Below are positions 28,271-43,469 of a DNA stretch of 64,000 nt, piece after piece. Below the pieces are notes generated by a model, which worked only from the letters and a program-made list of their open reading frames with translations, was not told where the DNA came from and ran no database searches. Both the position numbers and the translations under genes were made by a program. Positions within the stretch are counted from its first letter, which is position 1, and every line of letters begins with the position of its first letter. Origin of the DNA: Octopus sinensis (lineage: Eukaryota); NCBI RefSeq assembly GCF_006345805.1, contig NC_043000.1:81778001-81842000 (forward strand). Direction: 5' to 3'.

Positions 28271-29479
28271 TTGGAGGTCTTTGTCTTGAAAATTGATAGA
28301 TAGAATCCGTTTAGAAACTCTGTGTGTGTGTGTGTGTGTGTACACACATACAAAGAAAGATACACACATATATGTAAGTCTTACGCACACACAGATTTTG
28401 GTATGTATGCAGGCATGTGTATGTGAGCATGTTTGCATTCTGCATCCTTACAAGAAAACCGTTGAATAAAAAAAAAAAAAATGACGTTCGTTGGTATTCT
28501 CTGCTAACAATTTATAATTCTGAAATCTCGAGGATGGGTAGAATAAAAAACAATACGTTACTTGAAAAACGGGTAAAGGTTAGCAACAGGAAGAGAAGCT
28601 AGCAATAAAACAATGCCTCAGTATTCACTCAACCCATGCTAGCATGAAAAACAACAAAAGGACGTAAACGAACGAACGATTATGTGTTGGTTAAGAATGT
28701 AGCGAGTAGAAACGAATTTTTTATCGACGGAAACTTGTATACACGCACACAAACACACGTGTACATGAATAGACAGACATAATGCAAATGATTCTAGTCA
28801 AAGCCACAGATTTTGGAGACGTGGGTACAGCTGATAAAATTGATAGCATAATTCGACTAGTATTTTACTTCTTAGGCACTAAGAGAAAACAAAAGGCAAA
28901 CTTGAAGCCTCAAGCACCGGTGGGATTGAAAGTCAGAAGATAAAGGGACATAACTAATAACTACAAGTTATTTTATCTAATAATGTACCAACACAAAAAA
29001 AAACCTCTTCATTAATGACTTTCAACAGCAAAATAGCTTCTTTAAGAAGGGGAAGGTATAGAATCTATACAAAAGATGATTATATATGCCCCAGTACATA
29101 AGTAACTTTATTTCTAAAGGATGAAAAGTCAGTCGACCTTAGAGGGGTACTTCATCTTGTACAAGATGAAATTGACATTTTTCTTCTAAAGATTGATGGT
29201 TTTGCTTTTTATTTTTGCCTTAACTGTCCCTTCCCATAGTTGGAGTTAGGGGTGCATGAAAAGCTAAGTGAACCCAGTTCTATCACCTATCCGTAGTTAA
29301 GGTGAAAGTCCGCAAAAATTGAGAAAAGAGATGGATGAGAAAATGAGTGTGAGAAAGAAATGTTATGGATAAGAGTAATACAGATATATATATATATATA
29401 TATATATAATAGTAATTGTGTATATCTGTATATGTGTGTGTATATATATGTATACACACACACACACAGACATACATAT

Positions 29480-29810
29480 GTGTGTGTACACTGAAGTCGT
29501 TGACCCCGGGTGAGACAGTAACAAACACCAACTAACGTCTGACACAGTAAGTCATGTAGAAAATGGAACTGCTGCTGCTGTCAGTAGTAGTCGTCGTAGC
29601 AGTAGTAGTAAAAACGGTGGTAGACAGCTCGCGGCAGCGTCAGCAGCAAGAAGCAGTGAAGGTAGCAGCTGTGTGACGCGTGGTAGTAATGAGAGATGGA
29701 AATAGTGAGAAGGTAGGAGGGCGTGGTAGCAGCAGTACTGCCAAGCAAAAAAGGGGGAGGAGTCGCAGATAGAACCTTAGCCAGGCTGCTACTGGCCTAG
29801 TTTCTCTACA
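29480..29810. promoter_or_regulatory. CpG-containing unique segment, possible promoter or non-coding first exon
   Basis: Non-repetitive, relatively GC- and CpG-rich (ctcgcggcagcg, gtgacgcgtgg, gggcgtgg). Close to the boundary where CpG depletion begins. Confidence 0.3.
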
Positions 29811-30310
29811 ACACTATACACACACACACACGCACGCACGCACGCACGCACGCACACAGAATAAAGTCAATAATAGATGCTACACACGCTATACATCAAT
29901 TTCATACATTCACACACAAGTGTGAGTGTGTGTATACGTATATATATATATATATATATACACACACATGTATGAACACACACACACATATATAAAGAGA
30001 GTGAGTTTGGAAAAAGCTAGTTTTGGTGAAATTTCGAAGTCATTGTCACCATTAAAGAATATTTTACTATTTCGCGTAATTCCTAATTAATGCTTTTTTT
30101 TCCTTCACACACACACAAAATACATAATACACGCATACATTGTATGTACACTCATAGACATACAACCATGATATCAAGGCAGTCAAAAAATACACATGAA
30201 ACACACACAGAGAGGTAAATATACATATATATATATGTGTGTACTTATAAGCGCACACACCAAAATAATGTACGTATGCATGTGTATGTATGTATATATA
30301 TATATATATA

Positions 30311-30471
30311 ATGTGAAATAGAAAGATGAATAACCTTGTAGTAGATTAATCAAAATATGGTCCCATTATTCAATCGGATTTTGGTAATTTGTGCCTTTCG
30401 AAACACGTGTAGAATGAAATAAAACGATTTCTGTTCAATCTGCGTTCAGCTCCATTTCTTCAATTCACCAA
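30311..30471. mobile_element. Second rearranged copy of the Penelope-like repeat at 1072-1375
   Basis: 30311-30355 is the reverse complement of ~1329-1373 with one mismatch. 30396-30471 matches 1140-1215. (TA)n on both sides. Confidence 0.85.
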
Positions 30472-31509
30472 TTATATATATATATATATAATGATATATA
30501 GACACACACACACACACAAATTTGCACAAAGACATTTAAGAAACTTTTTTTTTTATGCCATTTCTTTTTATCATTAATATCAACACTTAATAGATTACAA
30601 AAGAATTATAGCTTTCTTCCTTTTCATTAATAAGGGTGGAAGTTATCTAACACAATGTTGAAAACATCTACACTGCCCACTCACATACCTTCTCTTCCTC
30701 CGCCCCATATATCGCGCGCGCGCGCCAATGTATATTCCAATGTATTTACATTTTTTCCTATACAAAAATGTAATGGATATTAAACGATATTATTATTATT
30801 ATTATTTTAATGTTAATAGTAAAACCTGGCAAAATATTGTAATCATTGTGGTTGATATGTATATAATGTGCAAACGATGACACCTCTTTCTGCTTTCATA
30901 TCCTTGTATGTATATATTTTGCAATATACATTCATACTCAGGTATAGACATACATACACAGACATTACATAAACACATACAGACATAAAGATACAGAGTG
31001 TTAAGTGCATGCATACATACATACATAATGCATGCAGACACAATGCATATGCATATAAAATGATCAATATTATTTAGCATAAGAAAGTACCCAAAAATTA
31101 GTATATACATACACACACATAAAAACGAATTATATATACAAATACTACAAATATAAATACACAGATGGGTAATAAGTATTATGTATGTAACACGAAGGTG
31201 TGCGTGTGTATCTCTAGAACACATTCACACACAGTCTCTATCGCTCCCTCTCTATTCATTTTTTGTCGAGCAATTAAACAATTTATTACTAATCAATATA
31301 GTAATACAATCATCATCATCGTCATCACTATAACAGATCTATTATTAGTTTTGTTATTGTTACTTTTATTTCGTTGTCCTTGTGGCACAAGGCAAAAACC
31401 ATTCATTCTATGGCTAAGAGAATCGGAAGAGCAACATACAAAGCCTTGCTTTAGTTCAAATTGTGCCAGATTCAACTTTACCTGTCATCCTTCTAGTGGG
31501 GGTGGGGCG

Positions 31510-31571
<62 letters not shown>

Positions 31572-32189
31572 ATAATATACATACACACACACAACTAGTG
31601 AAAAACTGGACACAGCAACATTAACAGTCTAACCCGAAAAATATCTGACCTTGCTTCTAAATTAGAACAATTTGTTCTCTCTTATCATATAGTAGCTAAT
31701 ATTTTTTTTTCTTATTGTAATTAACTAATATTGTTTTATCTTTTTATTAATATATTCTCCATCATGTATTTTTATTGTTATAGTGTTATCGTGGTATTTT
31801 TCATACAGGAGTACATTGTGTATACATGCAAGTAAACGTTATGTGTGAGTGAGTGAGTGTCCGTGTATATTCGAGATGTAGAATGTGTATACATATATGC
31901 ACGAGTGTATGTATTGTGTGTGCATGTGTATGTGAGTAAAGGTATGTATATGAATGCATCAGTGAGTTTACTGAGTGTGTATACTTATACACGAAAGTGT
32001 ATATTAGGCGTACTGATATACAAAGGAACAATACATGCATAGGTGAGTTATATTTGTGTGAGGAACTTCATATATATTTATAATTTGCAGGCGTACACAC
32101 ACCACACACACAAGATATAGCCCTTAAACACTCCCAACTCCTTTTGCTAGTCATGTCTTATCTGTAGCTCTTGTGACACCCTCTATTAT

Positions 32190-33150
32190 TCTTTCCCTTT
32201 CATATCCCAATAAAATTGGTACCAGTCATATAATGATCGATGTAAAATTTTGGGACATCATTATTATTACTTTGCCTTTCATCCTTTTAGTCGATAATAA
32301 AGTACCAGTCAAGTACTGGGGTTCTATGAGATCGACTTACCCCCTCTCCCAGAATTTCAGCTCTTGTGCCTAAAGTAGAAAGATTATTATTATTGCTCCC
32401 TATTCTATTCCTCATCCTCATTAATGTTCTTTTTCTATTTCAACAATTATTGATTTTCATTTTTTACATAATCAATATCGATTTTTCAATATTTATCAAC
32501 TTCTCAATATTGCCAAATATTGTTACTATTATTACGATTCTCATTATTATTATTATTGTTGTTGTTGTTTTGCGCTCAAATCTCAAAGTCAACTGTGCCT
32601 TTCAATCTTTCGAAGTCGACAAAATCAAGTAGTAGCCAACTACTTGGGTCAATGTAATCGACTTAGTTCAAATTCGCTGGATTTGTACCTAAATCAAAAA
32701 CAAGTAGTATTATTATTATTGGTTCAAATTCTGCCGAGGTCGATAAAATAAGTACCAGTTATGTACTAAGTTCGATGCAATTGACTTCTCCTCTCTACCC
32801 TGAACTTGTGCCATAATTGGAAACCATCATTATTATTATTGGCTGAAATTCCACCGAGCTCGACTTTGCCTTTCATCATTTCGGGCTCGATAAGATAAAT
32901 ACCAGTCAAATATTGGATCAAAGTAATCGGCTGTGCCCTCCTCTCAAAAACTGTTGACCCTGGGCCAAACTTTAAAACATTATTATTATTATTAGAGTTC
33001 AAATTCCGCCGAGGTCGACTTCGCCTTTTATCCTTTAGGAATCGATAAAATTGAGCACTGATGTCGATGTAATCGACTAGCCCACCTTCCCACAACATTT
33101 CAGGCCTTGTGCCTATAGTACAAAAGATTACTACCACCACCACTACTACT
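32190..33150 (+). mobile_element. Head-to-tail array of about six 5'-truncated family B SINEs separated by (ATT)n
   Basis: Units start near 32190, 32270, 32572, 32721, 32841 and 32994. Each carries parts of gttcaaattccgccgaggtcgac..gcctttcatcc..tcgataaa..gtcgatgtaatcgact..ccttgtgcc. Confidence 0.85.
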
Positions 33151-36100
33151 GAGATTTCTGTCAATAAACAGTTATAACACTAACTACATAATAGCAATGG
33201 TACCTGAGTTATGTGTAGAATAAGAATGTTTACACCATACAGAACCGCTGTACGAAAGAGATTTTTACACCTAACCACGTAGAACTGGTAAAGTGTAAAG
33301 GCAATTGATAAGTAGTCTAGACATCCATATAAACACTTACACATTAAAATGTACATACACGTCCATACACACTACCAACACCAATACAGCTATAAACGCT
33401 ACACATCGACATTCATAAATATTATACATTCACACATGTCTCCATACAGAACACACATACATCTGCACGTATATCAATAACATAAGCTATAGAATAAATG
33501 GCTGCGCGTTCCACAAACCCCGGTGCTCTTAGTATAACCCACGGGCAGAATCAGTGTCAAGGTTAGAACTTGTGAATTACATGCATTAGACCATCCAGCA
33601 GGTGTCCACAGACAATTTCACGCCAAGATTATTAGTAAAAAGTACCTGCTCATGATGCAGCTAAGTGTATGTGTACGCAAATATATATATATATAAACAT
33701 ATATATACATGTATATTTGCATACATTCCTACACGCTCAAATATGAATGCGTATTTACATGCCTATATGAATTGGGGTGGGGCTTTGATTTTACAAAGGA
33801 CAGAAGGGGTGAGACTGTGATATTCTTTGCCTTTCAACCTATGCTATCCACTTCCTCAGAAAGCAAAAAGCCAGCTGCAACTGGTGTTTCGAAATTTCAG
33901 TGTAGGGAAGCCTATGTGCAGTTGTTCAATCTAGTAGAAATAGCAATCAACTTCCTTCAAATCACATCCTTCTTAAAATGGGAGGACAATGTAATCCAAA
34001 ATAATGATAAAAAGAAAGAAAAACGGAGGATGGTTAATTCTTGACTGCTTGTTAACACGTTTGCATATTATGCTCTCATAAAGCTGTGGAAATTGGAGAC
34101 CCTGTCAACAAAAAATATACACACTGAAATACAGATAACTTAGTTTGTACTTAAGTGATTACTAACGTATGTGAATGGTATATTTTGTCACTAATTAAAC
34201 GTATAAGTGTTAAATCCCAGCTAGTATGTATGCGAGTTTGTGTATACATCAAAATACACAAACATATTCATACATAATATTATGTCCTTGCATAGGTGCA
34301 TATGTACTCGGACATAAGTATACATGTGTGTGTATATGTATGCATATATGATTGGTTCTAATTCTCTTAACCCAAATCATTTCTTCTTCGTGTATATATT
34401 GTAGAAAAAGAATATAAATTGAAATGAAAAAGCGGAGACAGACAGTCCAAAATAATCATCCATGGAATCTACTTCTCAATACATGAGACAAGAAAATGTG
34501 TTTTTATAAACACATAAGGCCATCATCAAACTGAAGTTAGCCTCAGCAAAATGTTAGATGAGAGTGGAAAAGGAAGGAACGTGAAAGCGATGCTGCCAGC
34601 CTCAATTCACAACCATCACCTCAGCATGTCTCAAAAATGGCTATTTCTTGGGAGTCCGTTCATAGCAATGGCTAGTCACAAAGACAATCCAAATGAAGTG
34701 GGGGAAGATAAACAGAGTGGTGAAGGTGGAAGAAGAACGTATAACATAGGGAGGAAGATAATGTAAAAAAAGAGGCAGGGGCTATCCCAATTGTCTTCCC
34801 TCGAAAAAATCTTCATCCAATCTACATCCAACCCAAACTTTTGGGGAGTCGGTGGAGGTGATGATGACAGCAACCGTGATGCTGATAAAAACTAGGGGTG
34901 GTGGTGGAACGGAAGAGAATCAGACAAGAACAGCCAAGGAAAATTCTCCAGACAAGACTCCAGAGCTAGAGAGCTGCTGCTGCTGCAAGAGACAGACGAG
35001 ACAGCCAGAGAGAGAGAGAGGGAGAGTGGAGGGGGTGTAAGGAACAAAGAACAAACGGTCTTTTACCGGCTTGCAGCAGCAGTAGCTAAGTGTGAGGAAG
35101 GAAGGGAGGGAGAGAAGGTGGCATAATTAACACCTTCACATCCGATCAATCCTCCATATAACCACCACCATCACAACTACATCAACCTACTTAGCTATTT
35201 GTGTTTATCATCTAAGATCTATATTACCTTTATCCATGTAGCATTCCAATTAGAAATCTGTATTTTGCTTCCAACCTACTATCTAACCATCTAACTTACC
35301 CATACAGCCATCTACCCACTTATATCTGTTAACAAATACATCTATACATATTTAACCAGTCTATTTATCCGTATCCTTCTATTCTTACCACACGTCTATT
35401 CTACCAGGCTATCTATACGTATCTGTCTATATTTAACCGATCTATTCATTTGCATCTATTCCTGCCAGAGACTAACCAGATGTCAACAGAACCACTCTAT
35501 TCACATATATGTACATTCTACGAGTCAATGATCCATATATACCATTATTTAACCAGCCTATATTTCAACAGTTTATCTGCATATGACTTATTCTACCAAA
35601 CTATCTAAGTGTATTTTTAATCAGGCCACCTTATCTCTCTCTTCCTCATCTGCATCTACTACCACCCAAGCTATATTCAAACTACAGTTGCCAGTCCTTA
35701 CCCAGCTATCTACCTCCATATCAGTGATTATATACCGAGGCCTTACCATATATCACTACATAGTTCTACTTTCACTGATTAATATAACAGGTATTAATAG
35801 ATACAAGGGAAGAGGTGGTAAAAATCCATTCTATACCTGGGTACCACCAGCACGTAATAAGTTTATATACATTCATAGCGTATGTGCATGTAAAAGTGAA
35901 TACATATAAATAAATATATGCATGAAGTATATAAATACTCTCCCAGTAAATTCAAGCCCGCGCGCGCGCGTGTATACAGATTACCCTCAAATACATGGTT
36001 TACACACTGTATATAGGATACCATATATTGAGAAGAGGAAACTAACTATATCGTTAAGTACAAACATGAAACAGTGTGTGACAAACGAAAGGAAAAAATA

Positions 36101-38042
36101 CTCAATACCTTGTGGTAGAATTTATTCATTGATTCCACACCGATACTACACCCCAATGTTATATATACACAAATATATACTCATTACATAAATACACACA
36201 CGTACATTAAGAAATACACGCTACAAGCGAGACTAACACAGACATACACATTGGCAGATAATGAGCAAAAGCTGCTGGAAATAACAGTAAAATCTCCAAC
36301 AAAATCAAAGCGTAGAGTCTTATATAAAAACAGAATATGTCAGTGTGTAGTTCATTACATAACCCTCACAAGACGAGATGTCAAGGCCATAATACACTTT
36401 GATAATAGGTCTACTAGATTGTAACTGAATTGGGGATTAACCAAAAAAACACTCATTCACACACACATTTGTTTTCTTTTAATCGTTTCAGTTATTTGAC
36501 TGCGGCCATGCTAGGACACCACCTTGTAGACAGATATATATATATACATAAATATGGACACACGTAGATACATTCATGCACATATGTACATATATTTTCT
36601 CTCTCTCTCTTTCTATGTGCGTGTGTATACATATACATAGAGAGAGAAAAGATATAGATACACACTCACACTTACAGACAAGTCTATAAACATAGATATG
36701 ATAGCTGAAACTTGCTAGAAATAGCAGCCAAATTACCCGAAACTATACCTAAGATGTTTCAGTAAGTTTATAAAGACAGGACAGCAAGAACATCTAATTA
36801 CAAGTGTGGTCAGTCAGAGATGATCTAAGGGGTTAAACCACAACAGTGTATATATAAATAACCAGTACGTGTGTGAGTATGTATGTACATACACGCACAC
36901 ACATTCACATAGTGAATTACTATGTATGTATTCCTCTCTTATGGGATGCATATACAACTGATTTCCTGTACGTCTATAGTAGTCTGCAATACACACACAA
37001 AATGAATACATAATTATTAGCACACACACACATATATATATATACAAATTCAATTAGAGCTTCAATTAATTTCCCAATCTCCATTTTCTTCTTTTATATA
37101 TATAAGCATTATCATCATTCGTGTAAGGGCGAAGTTTTAAGAATCCCAACCGACGATTTATAATTGTGTGCACAATTTTACTAGGAGCATATAGCATTGT
37201 ACACGCATATACATAAATATATACTTATACATACAGGCATTATATATATACACACACACACAGAAATGTGCGTGTGTATGTATATTTGGCAATCAGATCG
37301 CCGTATATTTATATATATATATACACGCGCGCGAATGCCTGAGTGTATAAAAGTATATATTTATATGTATACTTATATACAGAAATGTGCGTGTGTGTAT
37401 ATGTGAGTGTACGAATTTGTCAAGGGAATAAAGGAAAAGAAAAGGAATGTGATAGGAAAGACAAATATATACAGTGAAAGGGTAGGACAAAGAGAGAGAG
37501 AGAGAAGGTAGAAATATAGAGCAAGAGAGAGAAAAACGGGAGGAGACGACACGGATGTAGGATAAGGGGGAGAGTTTGACATAGATATAGAACAGGAGAC
37601 AGGAAGAGGGTAGAGGAGACATAAAGGAAAGCGGACGGCATGTATATGTATATACACACTTATGTGAGTGTATGTGTAGCAGAACATTCGTGTATGCGTA
37701 GAATATAAGAAAAATTGTATACAATATATAGAGGAGTGTGTATGTGTGTGTTAGAGATAAGGGAGGGGCGAAAATAGAACGAGAGCGAAAGGCAGAGCTA
37801 AAAAATGAGACGGAGGGAAAGCGAGTTAAATATAGAATTATAAAAGGAAGCTAGCCTGGTTCCACCACAACTGATGGACTTTCTCTTTTAACTCTTGCCC
37901 CCTCCTCTTTCTCTCTCTCTACATAACACATTTATCAACATGTTTGGCCTGTTTACACACACAATACACTGGACTAGTCGATGTGTGTACATACATAGAC
38001 ATACAGGGTGAGTACATGCAGACACGCATATACAAATCACTG

Positions 38043-38104
<62 letters not shown>

Positions 38105-38609
38105 AGATGTAAAGATACAATACACAACATACAGACACGCATATATAGACGAATTTAATGTTTATAAATAAACATGTACGTAAATCTTGTGTGTGTATAC
38201 ATACATACACAAACAAAACTAGATGTAAACATTCAGAAACACCTGTAGCGGTGCAACTAAGACACTACCCCTAATGCCGTGAGAAAATATGTACACACAC
38301 AGTTCTAATTATTATCACACACACACTACAACAGCTCGATAGAGCCAACGATGGAGTCTCTAAATTGTAATTCGCCATGTTTGAAATAGCAGACAAATCT
38401 CCCTCAACACTATACTAGCTTTAAATAATAAAAAAAAAAAAAGGACTTATCGGTTTATGTGATCCTATCTAGATGTATTCTATGTTTGAAGGACAAAATG
38501 GTCACGGCTGGAACGCCTCTCATCGGCAGGTGTAACAGTAACTCAATGACTATGATGGTCATTCCAAAGGTCAAGTTATTATCGTGGAAAATATAAATTA
38601 TTACTATCA

Positions 38610-38920
38610 AAGGCAATGGAGTGGTAGAAACAGATTTCTAACTGCAAATCCTGCCTTTTATTCTATCGGATTTAAAGTATCAGAGAAGTACTAGGGTCGA
38701 TAGTATCGATTAAGCCATATCCCACGAAACTGTTGACTTTGTGCCTAAATTAAACCATCATCAGTATTATTATTGGTCGACTTCGCCTTTCATCTTTTCG
38801 GGCTCGATAAGATGGGCCCTACCAGTCAAGTAATGGATCGATGTCATCGACTTACCCGTCTCCTTAAAATTGCTGGCCTTGTACGAACATTTGAAATTAC
38901 TAACATTACCATTATTATTA
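38610..38920 (+). mobile_element. Two tandem family B SINE fragments
   Basis: ggtcgacttcgcctttcatcttttcgggctcgataag...tcgatgtcatcgactt...gctggccttgta followed by (ATT)n. Confidence 0.7.
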
Positions 38921-39732
38921 TTAAAATAAATGATCATCATTGTCATCATCATCATTATTATTATTATTATTAAGGGCGGTGTCTATGAGAAATTATTCAC
39001 CTGTCTACCACACGTCCATCCTCTTCCACGTCTCGTCAGCCTGCAGCAGCAGCAAGAACAGCAGTTGCTGTTGTAGCAACTTACACCACCCTTTATCCAC
39101 CCTCAATCAGTCTCCACCTGTACGTCTAACCAACCACCCACAGCTGTTGACGAGGGAACCTCCCTACGGACGGTCGACGACCTGCTCGCTTACAAACAGG
39201 CAAACCTCCATCCCTACAGTTTTAGAATAGGTGACAACGACACACTGAATAATGTAATTCTGGATGCATTATAATTTAATTTTTAAAAAATAACGAGGGT
39301 GATCATAGCTGGAATGCTTTTGATGAAGGGCTAAACAAGAATCTCCGCTGCTGCTACCACCCTCGGACAACACTTTTATTCTCTGTTCCTACGAACCCAG
39401 AACATTCGCTGCTGTCTGTCTTTATCCCAGCAGCACATTCTTTGATCATTCCTAACTAGGAATTATAACCAAATTTCATTTCAGCAGGTGTCAACGTTCG
39501 CTCAACAGTTTTCAGAATTTCCATTATGCATTTCACTTTTTCTATTTTAAACGTCATTTTCGCATTTGACTTTTCGTTTCCTTTGTTCTAATTTGCCACT
39601 GTAATTCACTTTAAACGACTGACATCTCTCATTTGCAGAATTTATAAAATTTTCTGTTATTCGTAATGCGTACGCTCGTTGTATGCATGTTATATACACA
39701 CACGAGCGTGTGTGTATGTATGTATATATATA

Positions 39733-39773
<41 letters not shown>

Positions 39774-40175
39774 CACCTGTTTTTGGATTAACAAACGAAA
39801 GCACGCTAGTTCACAATATAACTGTAATGAGTGTGGGGGGCGGTGATTATGTGTGAGTATACGAAACTAGTGAATTCATATCCGTTGCTACTCAGTTTTT
39901 TGTTCGATGCTATTTGTTCAAATGAATCCCTCTCTAGAATTGAAGACAATCCTCAGAGCGTCCATTGCTAAAATAGCATAATCAACAATCCAACAACCAA
40001 ATCTTTGATAGATTTTACGGAAGGGAACAAGCGATGAAATCGCTTCAGCGCACATAGAACTAGATGAAAGTTAAGACAAAGTCTTCGTTAGGATTCGAAC
40101 CCAGACTGTAAGGGGACGTAACTCCGATCCCCTGTTCTCTCCTAAATATTACTGTCTTCGTTACTATTAGAAATC

Positions 40176-40850
40176 CTAGTCAACTTCGCCTTTCATTTCT
40201 GCAGGATCGATAAAATAAACTACCAATCGACTCGTCCTCCTTTTCTAAATTTTGGGCTTAATAATTCTAATATTAGAATCATTAGGTCAACTTCGTCTTT
40301 CATCCTTTTGGAGTCAATGAAATAAACGAACAGACAAGTACTGGAATTGACGGCATCAAACAACCAGCTCCACTCAAAAGTGCCGTATTATCTATTTATT
40401 CTGATAAATATTGAGGTCGATGTAATCGACTCGCCCCCTCCTATCAAAATTAGAAAGAATTATTATTAAGCTGCCAGAATCGATAGAGCGAACATTTCTC
40501 CTGTCCTTTTACGTTCTGAATTCAAAATCCCACCGGAATTAATTTTGTCTTTCATCCTTTCGGGGTCGATAAAATATCAGTTGAATAATGGGATCGATGT
40601 AATCGACGTTCCTCTCCCCTCGCCTCAGAATTACAGGCCAAAGATCAGAATTATTATTATTCTTAATGTAGACTAGCAGTATTGAGTATTACGGCCCTTT
40701 ACATTCGGAGTTCGAGTTTGTCCAAGGTCGACTTTGCCTATCATCATCCAGGGATCGATAAATATAGCAGTCGAGCTGTAGGATCAGTCGATATAATTGT
40801 TGACTGCTTCAAAATATGTGACTTTGTGACCTAAATTAGAATTCCTTGAT
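40176..40850 (+). mobile_element. Head-to-tail array of about five family B SINE fragments
   Basis: Repeated gtc.acttcgcctttcat...tcgataaaata...tcgatgtaatcgac modules with (ATT)n spacers. Confidence 0.8.
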
Positions 40851-42332
40851 AACAATTATTACAACCATTTATTATTGTTGATATCCGTTCGCTTTCATTA
40901 TTCTTGTATGATAAAACATTTTCTCAAAAAGAAATGGAATTAAAAACTGAGATGAAATTTCGTCAATAGATTTGATGTAAGCTAACGGCTATCCTGGGAC
41001 TAAACAACAACAACCAGTTGATAAGTGTGACAATAGAGAGAAGGCTGTTAATCCATTTTGATCAGGAAACACACGACTAAACTCGCCGAACAGTTGTTTT
41101 AAGAATTATTGACAAGACATCAAAGGTCAATGTTGTTGCTACTGTTGTGTCAGTCGAGAACAAGCAAAATCAAAGCTTGAAGACATTCCAGTGGCAACCA
41201 TCACGTCAGACTCAGTGTGTTATCCCTTTTAAAGATGGTATTATGTCATCTGAAGCAGCTTGAGCAGTTATTTCTAGCAATTAGAGCGGCTTAGTAGGGG
41301 TACATATGCAGAAATGAGGATCATCGTATTTAAATGCACGCACATGTGTTTACTTTTGTGTCAATAGCTAATTATTCAAACCAACAAGGGAACCACAATG
41401 CAGACGCTCGACATGCAAGAAATAACAGCCAAATCTCCAATGTGTCCTTCAAAAGAAAAGGACACATAGGATAATGTAGCAAAAATATATTGTCTATAGA
41501 AAACAAGACAGGATGCCCGCCTAGAATATATGTGATTACTAGTCTGCTCTTCTAGGGTTAGCCCGAGGCTAAACGACAAAGAATTAACGAGAGGCTTCTG
41601 GATAATTACTCGACATGATGAGATGGTCATGGCTGGAACACGTTATAGGTCACAGGTCTGTTCAACAGGGCTGAAAGAGCTCAATAAACCAACATCCAAC
41701 AGGTAATTAGTTTATCGGGCCCCTTAAGGATCAATGGGAATATTGAATTGTGATAGCTGCACATGAAACGTTGTTAGTTGGTTTACACTAGCCTTTAAAG
41801 TTCCTAAAAGACGTCAAGGAATTGAATTAAAAGCACTAAACTATACAAGTAACTGCGAACAAGATATAAATAAGGGTGAAGTAACGATTGCCCTTTCGAC
41901 CGTAATTTTCAATGAATAACAAATATAATGGTAGATCTAGTTACCAGCTTCTCCAAATCTCTGTAATGTCAGATCTTATATGGGTAGTCACTCGACAAGC
42001 TAAAAAAAAAGCAGGTAAAATACCCTCACAACAAAGACAACTACTTATGTGAAAAGAATGTTTCCTTTTTTTTTTTAAGGGAGGAAATAGGATAAAAATT
42101 AGTCCGAGAAACGATATAGCTTTAGAAATATGAAAGCAAAATTTGGGATGCACACGGTTGATCAAAGCAAGCCTGGGGTTAAAAAACAACTTTAATCTGT
42201 AAAACTAGTGAACACACGACAACTCTATGATTATCTAATTACACAGACACTCCACCGACTTATACACACATTCCATAAATATATATTCGGATACATATGT
42301 GTGTGTGGGACAACGACCTCAATATAATACAA

Positions 42333-42386
<54 letters not shown>

Positions 42387-42489
42387 ATATATATATATAT
42401 ATATATTCTGAGAGAGAGAGTGAGAGGACGATATTTACAAACACAAAACCACATGTGTGTGTGTGTGTGCGTATAACAGAAGCACAATC

Positions 42490-42543
<54 letters not shown>

Positions 42544-43139
42544 ACAGCCACGCAAACATCCGACACTGTATATTCATATAAACTATCTGTATATATAGAT
42601 GCACATACAAACAAATGCAGAGAACATTTTATACACACAAACACATACATGTATATATTCGTGTGTGTTAGGCGCACTATAAATTTAAAGGCACACCATT
42701 ATTACATACACGCATTATTAACAATATACCGGTATCGAACTGTAAACAGATGACACTGTTATGTGTAAGCTATTATAAACAGAATTCTGTATCGAAAAGG
42801 TGTGCGTGTATGTATGTATTTATGTGTGTGTGTATATATATATCGAGAGAGATCCGTGTGTTGGAAGGAAGATAAACATAATTAAAGACACCCAACGAAA
42901 TACAATAGAGATCCATATACAAATACATATATATATACACACACATACACATAAGCATATATAATATACACACAGGCATACTTAAATACAAATATATATA
43001 TATATATACACACACACATACATACACCAACCGGCATTCAGCTGAGTAGATTATGTCCATCTATGTATTGTGTGCGCGTGTGTATACACAAAAACTGACA
43101 AAATACCATATACTTAACTGTATTTATGTACGAATATGT

Positions 43140-43175
<36 letters not shown>

Positions 43176-43339
43176 ATAGAGATGTTTATATTTATATACA
43201 AAATAGTTACCAAACGTACAACAAAATTACCGTAGTGCCGAAACAGAATTACCAAAACACTATATTTGCGTGTACGTATGTATGTTTGACTATACACACA
43301 TACACATACCTAAGTGAATTACTGAAAAACATACACGTC

Positions 43340-43382
<43 letters not shown>

Positions 43383-43435
43383 ATGTATATATACATGTAT
43401 ATATATGTGTACATGTATATATATATGTGTGTATG

Positions 43436-43469
<34 letters not shown>

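Noticed and set aside
32190-33150. CRISPR-like repeat-spacer appearance
   Set aside because: Units are 80-155 bp diverged SINE bodies with (ATT)n tails, in a eukaryotic context with no cas genes.
35150-35790. Repeated ctatatttaacca motifs as a regulatory array
   Set aside because: Better explained as a degenerate (TCTA/CCAT)n tract with no stable period.
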